Below the pieces are notes generated by a model. The model was given only the letters and a program-made list of their open reading frames with translations. It made no database searches and was not told the origin of the DNA. Below, one piece after another: positions 26,971 through 32,000 of a stretch of DNA of 32,000 nt. The translations under genes and the position numbers were made by a program. Source of the DNA: Demequinaceae bacterium (GTDB lineage: Bacteria; Actinomycetota; Actinomycetes; Actinomycetales; Demequinaceae); contig OZ252279.1 in the NCBI GenBank assembly GCA_965250005.1, positions 1,080,001-1,112,000 on the forward strand, written 5' to 3'. Numbering within the stretch: position 1 is the first letter of the stretch; every line of letters starts with the position of its first letter.

Positions 26971-27180
26971 AAATCGGCGTCGCGCGATTCGCTCGAGTTC
27001 GCGTTAGCGTTCAATCTGCGCGCGCGATATTGGGCGGCCGCGCATGAACCCCACGGCGTATGTACAATAATATTGATAAGGGTATCGTCGGTGCTGGGAA
27101 GAGTGGCGTGGCTCTGTCCAAGGAGTATTCGCCGTGTGACACTTGTGAGATTAAGCGACTAGCGCGCGGGAGGCTCGTCG

Positions 27181-28302
27181 GTGACAGGAAAGCCAATACC
27201 GGTACCAGACCATGAGCAGCGACGCCTCGACGCACTCGCGGCGTACCAGATCATGGACACGCTGCCCGAGCGCGCGTACGACGGCTTCACCAAGTTAGCT
27301 TCGATCATTTGCGGCACGCCCATTGCCCTCATCTCGCTTGTCGACGAGAACCGGCAGTGGTTCAAGTCCAAGTTGGGGCTCGGCACCGAAGAAACTCCGC
27401 GCGACCAGGCATTCTGTGCACACGCGATCGTCACTCCTGGCGAAGTGCTGACAGTCGAAGATGCGGCGCTCGACGCGAGGTTTGTGGACAACCCGTTGGT
27501 GACGGGAGACCCGAACATCCGCTTCTACGCGGGCGCGCCGCTCGTGACGCCCGCGGGCGACGCGCTCGGAACCCTGTGCGTCATCGATCGGGAGCCACGG
27601 ACCCTCACGGCCGAGCAACGGGAGGCCCTACGCATACTGTCCCAGGGAATCGTGGTTCTGTTGGAGCTGCGCCGGACCATTGACGGTCTCGAAGGCTCCC
27701 TGCTCGAGCAGGACACGTACGTTGCGAAGCTCGACGAATACCAACGGGAGCTCGAGTCTGTCGAGGCCGAATTGCGCGTTCAGTCCATGACGGACCCGGT
27801 GACTCAAATGGGCAATCGCCGCGCACTCGATGGTCGGATGGAAGACGAGCACTCGCGGGCGCAACGCTACGGCATCGGGTATTCGATCCTGGCGATTGAC
27901 ATTGACAACTTCAAGGAACTCAACGACACCGCGGGTCACCTCGCGGGCGACGAGGCACTCAAAGACGTCGCCGAAATTCTGCGCCACGCGGTACGCGACA
28001 GCGACTTCCTCGCCCGCTACGGAGGCGACGAGTTCGTGGCCGTGCTGCCGAACACGGATGCCGACGCCGGAATTGTGATGGCCGAGCGGATTCGACGCGA
28101 GGTGAACGCGGCCCAGTGGGACACGTCGGCCGTAACGGTCTGTATCGGCGTCGCGGTGTGCACGGAGGTGGTGATTTCGGCCGCCGCGGTACTTGAGGAG
28201 GCAGATCAAGCGCTATACCGGGCGAAGCGAGCCGGTCGCAACCGCGTGGCAGGCCCTGAGCCCGCAAACACTTCCGAGTCGCTGCAGGCGAACGGCCTGT
28301 AG
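27181..28302 (+). CDS. GAF-domain diguanylate cyclase (GAF-GGDEF)
   Basis: GAF region ([32 protein letters not shown] ... RFYAGAPL ... GTLCVID), a coiled linker, a GGDEF domain with YGGDEF, and an intact I-site RDSD five residues upstream. GTG start with GGGAGG 7 nt upstream. Confidence 0.92.
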   Translation: MTGKPIPVPDHEQRRLDALAAYQIMDTLPERAYDGFTKLASIICGTPIALISLVDENRQWFKSKLGLGTEETPRDQAFCAHAIVTPGEVLTVEDAALDARFVDNPLVTGDPNIRFYAGAPLVTPAGDALGTLCVIDREPRTLTAEQREALRILSQGIVVLLELRRTIDGLEGSLLEQDTYVAKLDEYQRELESVEAELRVQSMTDPVTQMGNRRALDGRMEDEHSRAQRYGIGYSILAIDIDNFKELNDTAGHLAGDEALKDVAEILRHAVRDSDFLARYGGDEFVAVLPNTDADAGIVMAERIRREVNAAQWDTSAVTVCIGVAVCTEVVISAAAVLEEADQALYRAKRAGRNRVAGPEPANTSESLQANGL

Positions 28303-28309
28303 CCACACT

Positions 28310-28336
28310 CGAGGGCTGGATCCTGGCCAGCCCTCG
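28310..28336. terminator. GC-rich hairpin between convergent genes (candidate bidirectional terminator)
   Basis: CGAGGGCTGG (28310-28319) is a perfect reverse complement of CCAGCCCTCG (28327-28336), with a 7-nt loop. It starts 8 nt after the GGDEF stop and lies 62 nt from the regulator stop. No U-tract. Confidence 0.5.
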
Positions 28337-28397
28337 CCAGGCTCACGCAGTCACGTTGTAGCGCGACTGAAACCGCCGAACTGGATGTGCGAGGAAT

Positions 28398-29054
28398 CTA
28401 GACGATGCGCCGCTGAGCAGCCCAGTGCGCGAGTTCGTGACGGTTGGACAACTGTAGTTTCCGGAGCACAGCGCTCACATGAGTTTCCACTGTCTTGACT
28501 GAAATGAAGAGGTTCTCGCCGACTTCTCGGTACGTGTACCCACGGGCAATGAGCCGCATGACTTCTTGCTCGCGCGCAGTCAGTTTGTCTAGATCCTCGT
28601 CTACCATGGCGACGTCGCCAGCGGCCGCGCCGAACGCATCGAGCACGAATCCTGCGAGCCGCGGCGAAAACACGGCGTCTCCCGTCGCGACCCGCTTGAC
28701 GGAGTCCGTGAGCTCCGGCCCGGAAATCGACTTGGTGACGTAGCCACGGGCACCGGCGCGCACCACGGCCACAACATCTTCCGCCGCATCAGATACGGAC
28801 AGGGCCAGGAAGACGGGGGCTTCGGGACGCTTGAGGCACGCGTCGAGCACATCCAGGGCACCGCCGCCAGTGCCCCCGGGCATGTGCACATCGAGGATCA
28901 CCACGTCCGGCTTGTGCTCGGCAACGGCAGCGATGGCGCTCTCCACGTCGCGTGCCTCGCCGAGCACCTCGATATCGTCTCCGAGGGACTCGCGGACGCC
29001 AACCCGAATCACGTCGTGGTCGTCCACAATCACTACGCGCACATTGTTGCTCAT
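28398..29054 (-). CDS. LuxR/NarL-family response regulator (LiaR-like)
   Basis: VRVVIVDDHDVIRVG ... DVVILDVHMPGG receiver domain and LTAREQEVMRLIARGYTYREVGENLFISVKTVETHV HTH. ATGA overlap with the kinase stop. Confidence 0.92.
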   Translation of the reverse strand: MSNNVRVVIVDDHDVIRVGVRESLGDDIEVLGEARDVESAIAAVAEHKPDVVILDVHMPGGTGGGALDVLDACLKRPEAPVFLALSVSDAAEDVVAVVRAGARGYVTKSISGPELTDSVKRVATGDAVFSPRLAGFVLDAFGAAAGDVAMVDEDLDKLTAREQEVMRLIARGYTYREVGENLFISVKTVETHVSAVLRKLQLSNRHELAHWAAQRRIV

Positions 29055-30154
29055 CGTTCGGCCTCCTCGCGGTCCACGTCCCGTGGAGTGGTGGCAAGCG
29101 GCATCGAGATATGGATCTCCGTGCGCTTGCCCTTCCTTGACGTTACCGTGGCGAGCCCCCCGTGGCGCTCCACCCTCCCGAGAATCGATTGACGGATTCC
29201 CATCCGGTCCGCTGGGACTCTCTTGGGGTTGAAACCTGGACCCGAGTCGCGGATATAGACCTCGAGGCGACCGCCCGTGACCTCGGCGTAGACCGAGATG
29301 GGTGACTCGCCGTGGCGAGCGGCATTTGACGCAGCCTCGCGGGCAGCCTTGACCGCGGCGCGCAAGTGGTGGTCCGTCGGCGCGTCACCCACGGTGACCG
29401 CGTCGATCGCGATTCCGTGCGCATCCTCGACCTCACTGATGGCTTTCGCAAGCGCCGTGGCAACCGACTCCTCAGCAGAGAGAGCGTCCTGGTACAGGTA
29501 GCTGCGCAAGTCCCGCTCCTGCGAGCGCGCCAGCTTGGCAACCATCGCTGGATCCTCCGCGTGTTTGCGGATGAGCGTCAGCGTTTGCAAAACCGAATCG
29601 TGCAGGTGGGCGGCAATTTCCGCGCGCTCAAACTCGCGCACTCGCTGGCGCCTCTCGAAGCTGACCTGTCGGATGAGCCGCACCCACCAGGGAGCGAACA
29701 GCAGCAGCAGGGCCGCGATTATCGCCGACGGCATCATGATCCCGCGCACCACCGGCTGCCCCGTAAACTCCCAGCGGGAAAACCACCACATCCCGAAGAT
29801 CGCGAGCCCAAATCCGACCAGCACGCGCGGCCAGTGCTCGCGCGAGAAGAGGTTGACCACGACCTCCGGCCGGCGGGCGTCGCCGCCGGAAGCCTCATCG
29901 AGAGGGCTCCACACCAACGCGATGCCGGTACCGAAGGCGACGAGCGGGACGACCCACGGGCCAATCCACTCAAGGGCGAACCGCTCGGAGGCGAGCGCCA
30001 GCGCAATGCTCAGCAAGCCTGCGCCCATCACCAGGCGCGGCCACTCCGAAGGCTCGCTCCTGCGCTCCAGGCGCCCAACCACTCGCGTTCGCTGCTGTTC
30101 GGTCACAACCCAATCGTCACACAAAGGGGATCGCCATTCATCCCTCCGGACCAC
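29051..30154 (-). CDS. membrane sensor histidine kinase (HisKA_3 type, LiaS-like, PspC-associated)
   Basis: About four N-terminal TM segments, H-box AAHLHDSVLQTLTLI, N-box EAASNAARHG and G-box DSGPGF. Apparent GTG start at 30154; the start is not certain. Confidence 0.88.
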   Translation of the reverse strand: MVRRDEWRSPLCDDWVVTEQQRTRVVGRLERRSEPSEWPRLVMGAGLLSIALALASERFALEWIGPWVVPLVAFGTGIALVWSPLDEASGGDARRPEVVVNLFSREHWPRVLVGFGLAIFGMWWFSRWEFTGQPVVRGIMMPSAIIAALLLLFAPWWVRLIRQVSFERRQRVREFERAEIAAHLHDSVLQTLTLIRKHAEDPAMVAKLARSQERDLRSYLYQDALSAEESVATALAKAISEVEDAHGIAIDAVTVGDAPTDHHLRAAVKAAREAASNAARHGESPISVYAEVTGGRLEVYIRDSGPGFNPKRVPADRMGIRQSILGRVERHGGLATVTSRKGKRTEIHISMPLATTPRDVDREEAER

Positions 30155-30262
30155 ATCTCAGAGCCATTCTCGGACAGTTCAGGGTCAATCTCAGGGGTTT
30201 ACCTAATAGTCAGGCGCGGGTATAGACGGAATTCTGGAAGCATCAGTCAACTAGGAGGAATC

Positions 30263-31606
30263 GTGAGCACATCATCCGAGGAGCCCCGCCAGGAGGCGGC
30301 GTTCTTCAGCACCATTCGCAATTGGGGCGTGACGCGAGGACCCAATGGGGTCATCGGCGGCGTCATCGAGGGCGTCGGCGACAGAATCGGCATGGACAAA
30401 CTTCCCGCACGCATCATCGCGGTGGCCGGCGCCATCATCCTGAGCGGCCTCGTCCTGCCGGCCTACGCCGCCGCCTGGGGCTTACTGCCAGACCGCGACG
30501 GAAACATCATCATCCAGAACTTCGGGCGAGGCCGCCCCAACGTGGGCGCACTCATCGGAATCGTCATCATCTTGCTCATCGCGCCAGGCATGTCTGACGG
30601 CTGGGGCGGGCCGTGGGGCAACAACCACGGCTTCTGGGGCGGCGGCTTCATCAGCGCGCTGTTACTCGCGGGCATCGCTGGCCTGATCGTCTGGCTCGTG
30701 CTGCGCGGTCGCGACAAGCCCAACACAGACGGGTCCGGCCCGGTTTACGCCGTTCCGCCCGCAGCGTCCGGCGCCAAGGCCACATCTGGCGCGACCGCTG
30801 GCAAGGCCTCCTCGACCTCGGGGAAAGCCACCAAGGGCGCGCCAAAGGGCTCCGCAGCGGCGTCCCAGCCGGCCTCCGCTCGCGCGGCGGGAACAGCGCC
30901 GCCTACTCCGCCGGCTCCCCCCACCACCTTCCATCGGCGCCGGACGCCGGGCCCCGGCCGAGCCCTCTACTTGTTCACTCTTGCCGCAGCCGTCTTTGCT
31001 GGCGCTGTGATCTGGTGGCTCGACCGCGAGGGTCAACTCGAGGTGGTTGCGCAGGCGGCGTGGCTCGCTGTCCTGGTCCCGATCGTGGGTGTCGCCATCA
31101 TGATTTCCGGCGCCGCCGGTCGTCGGGTCGGGTTTCTCGGGTTCCTCGCGACCGTTCTGGTCATTGGTTGGGCCATTGGCCTCCTCGTGGTCCCGCAAGC
31201 GCGCGACTGGGTGGACAACCACGTAGACATCAGGGTCAACGGAGAATCAGTCTCGATTGACGACTTCAACGATAACGACCTTTGGAACCAGTTGTTCGTG
31301 TGCCATGAGTTCAGCGAGTCCGGTGCGTCCGCAATTGCGGACGGTGCCGCGCAGGTAGTCGCCACAGACTCGACGACCAGGATCGAGGTGACTGCGGCAA
31401 ATACCATCATCTCGGTTCCGCGGGACACCCACCTCACCGTCACGTCGGAATCGGCCTCGATCGATGGGGTCATCTACTGGGAGGAGTTCAACCTCCGCTG
31501 CGACCTAGAGGGCACCGGAGAGGTCATCACTTTGGGGGGCGATGGCCGCAGCATTGAGCTCGTCGTCTCCAACTCAGACGCACGCATCGTCATTGAGGAG
31601 AACTGA
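30263..31606 (+). CDS. PspC-domain membrane protein with a low-complexity linker, extra TM segments and a beta-rich C-terminal domain
   Basis: GTG start at 30263, preceded by AGGAGG. PspC domain (FFSTIRNWGVTRGPNGVIGGVIEGVGDRIGMDKLPARIIAVAGAIILSGLVLPAYAAAWGLLP). The long ORF 29366..31606 is only an open upstream frame antisense to the kinase gene. Confidence 0.85.
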   Translation: MSTSSEEPRQEAAFFSTIRNWGVTRGPNGVIGGVIEGVGDRIGMDKLPARIIAVAGAIILSGLVLPAYAAAWGLLPDRDGNIIIQNFGRGRPNVGALIGIVIILLIAPGMSDGWGGPWGNNHGFWGGGFISALLLAGIAGLIVWLVLRGRDKPNTDGSGPVYAVPPAASGAKATSGATAGKASSTSGKATKGAPKGSAAASQPASARAAGTAPPTPPAPPTTFHRRRTPGPGRALYLFTLAAAVFAGAVIWWLDREGQLEVVAQAAWLAVLVPIVGVAIMISGAAGRRVGFLGFLATVLVIGWAIGLLVVPQARDWVDNHVDIRVNGESVSIDDFNDNDLWNQLFVCHEFSESGASAIADGAAQVVATDSTTRIEVTAANTIISVPRDTHLTVTSESASIDGVIYWEEFNLRCDLEGTGEVITLGGDGRSIELVVSNSDARIVIEEN

Positions 31607-31607
31607 C

Positions 31608-31841
31608 ATGAGCATCGTCGACATTGAAACCAAGTACCGCAACGTGGCTCAGCGAGTCACCACCATGCTGTGGGGGCTGCTGATCGTTGGCTTCGGCGGA
31701 GTCGTGATCGCAGACCTATCGGGATACAACTTCGACGTGGAGCTAGCGGGCATCATTGCACTAGCTCTGCTGGGCGGCTGGATTCTTGCCTCGGCGCTAG
31801 TCGCGATGATCCCAGGCAAGAGTTTGAGCAAGACCAAGTAG
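31608..31841 (+). CDS. small two-TM membrane protein, translationally coupled to the PspC gene
   Basis: ATG at 31608, one nt after the PspC stop, with GAGGAG upstream. 77 aa with two hydrophobic segments (MLWGLLIVGFGGVVIADL, IIALALLGGWILASALVAMI). Confidence 0.6.
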   Translation: MSIVDIETKYRNVAQRVTTMLWGLLIVGFGGVVIADLSGYNFDVELAGIIALALLGGWILASALVAMIPGKSLSKTK

Positions 31842-31866
31842 AGAGAGACGCGCACTCGCGAGGTGG

Positions 31867-32000
31867 CTAGCCTGCCGCCGCGCGGGTGCGCACTTTGTTG
31901 CGCCCCGCCTCTTTCGCTTCGTAAAGCGCTGCGTCGGCGCGGCGGATCGCATCCGTGCCCTCGGTAGATCCGGCCCCGACGCCAATCGACACGGTCACGT
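31867..32000 (-). CDS. GGDEF-domain protein, C-terminal end only (gene continues beyond the window end)
   Basis: Absent from the ORF track. Manual reverse translation in the frame ending at stop TAG (complement of 31867-31869) gives VTVSIGVGAGSTEGTDAIRRADAALYEAKEAGRNKVRTRAAAG, the canonical GGDEF C-terminus. Confidence 0.8.
   Translation of the reverse strand, partial: VTVSIGVGAGSTEGTDAIRRADAALYEAKEAGRNKVRTRAAAG

Noticed and set aside
29366-30262. Upstream 299 codons of the 746-aa ORF 29366..31606
   Set aside because: This part is antisense to the histidine kinase gene and is Arg/Pro/His-rich nonsense. The PspC domain begins just after an internal GTG (30263) that has a perfect AGGAGG SD, so only 30263..31606 is called.
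1-32000. tRNA, rRNA, transposase/integrase, prophage or toxin-antitoxin signatures
   Set aside because: I scanned the intergenic regions for T-loop-like GGTTCGAA motifs and cloverleaf-sized structured segments and found none outside coding sequence. No ORF shows DDE, tyrosine- or serine-recombinase motifs, and no terminal inverted repeats flank the accessory blocks.

Overview
Visibly high-GC, actinobacterial-type chromosomal segment, densely coding, mostly on the minus strand. I call 30 CDS (2 truncated by the window edges), 1 pseudogene-like fragment, 1 perfect tandem repeat and several stem-loops or palindromes. I found no tRNA, rRNA, CRISPR array, transposase, integrase or prophage signature.

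The backbone is the conserved actinobacterial housekeeping synteny: pcrA, then sucC-sucD, a PerM-like membrane protein, purN-purH, a small DUF3017-like membrane protein, and icd-mdh. An aquaporin-family channel sits between purH and icd. A ROK-regulated sugar ABC importer sits at the left edge.

Two accessory-looking blocks interrupt this backbone:
- 14.3-24.1 kb: a NarL-type two-component system divergent from an MMPL transporter, a GT-C-like polytopic membrane protein, and a DUF2510-type membrane protein. The last carries 20 perfect in-frame copies of a 15-bp unit, (GAVQP)20. L-lactate dehydrogenase and a DEAD-box helicase with an RGG/SR tail follow.
- 26.7-32.0 kb: a PspC-domain protein plus a small membrane protein, divergent from a histidine kinase / LuxR-type regulator pair. 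This module is bracketed by three GGDEF-related sequences: a C-terminal remnant, an intact GAF-GGDEF cyclase, and a partial GGDEF gene at the window edge.

I do not see a clear-cut novel multi-gene system such as a defence island. The most unusual directly visible signal is the perfect 300-bp coding minisatellite. The most plausible under-characterised functional modules are the TCS/MMPL/GT-C/repeat-protein block and the PspC module embedded among c-di-GMP genes. All functional calls rest on motif recognition by eye in the supplied translations; no database search was run.
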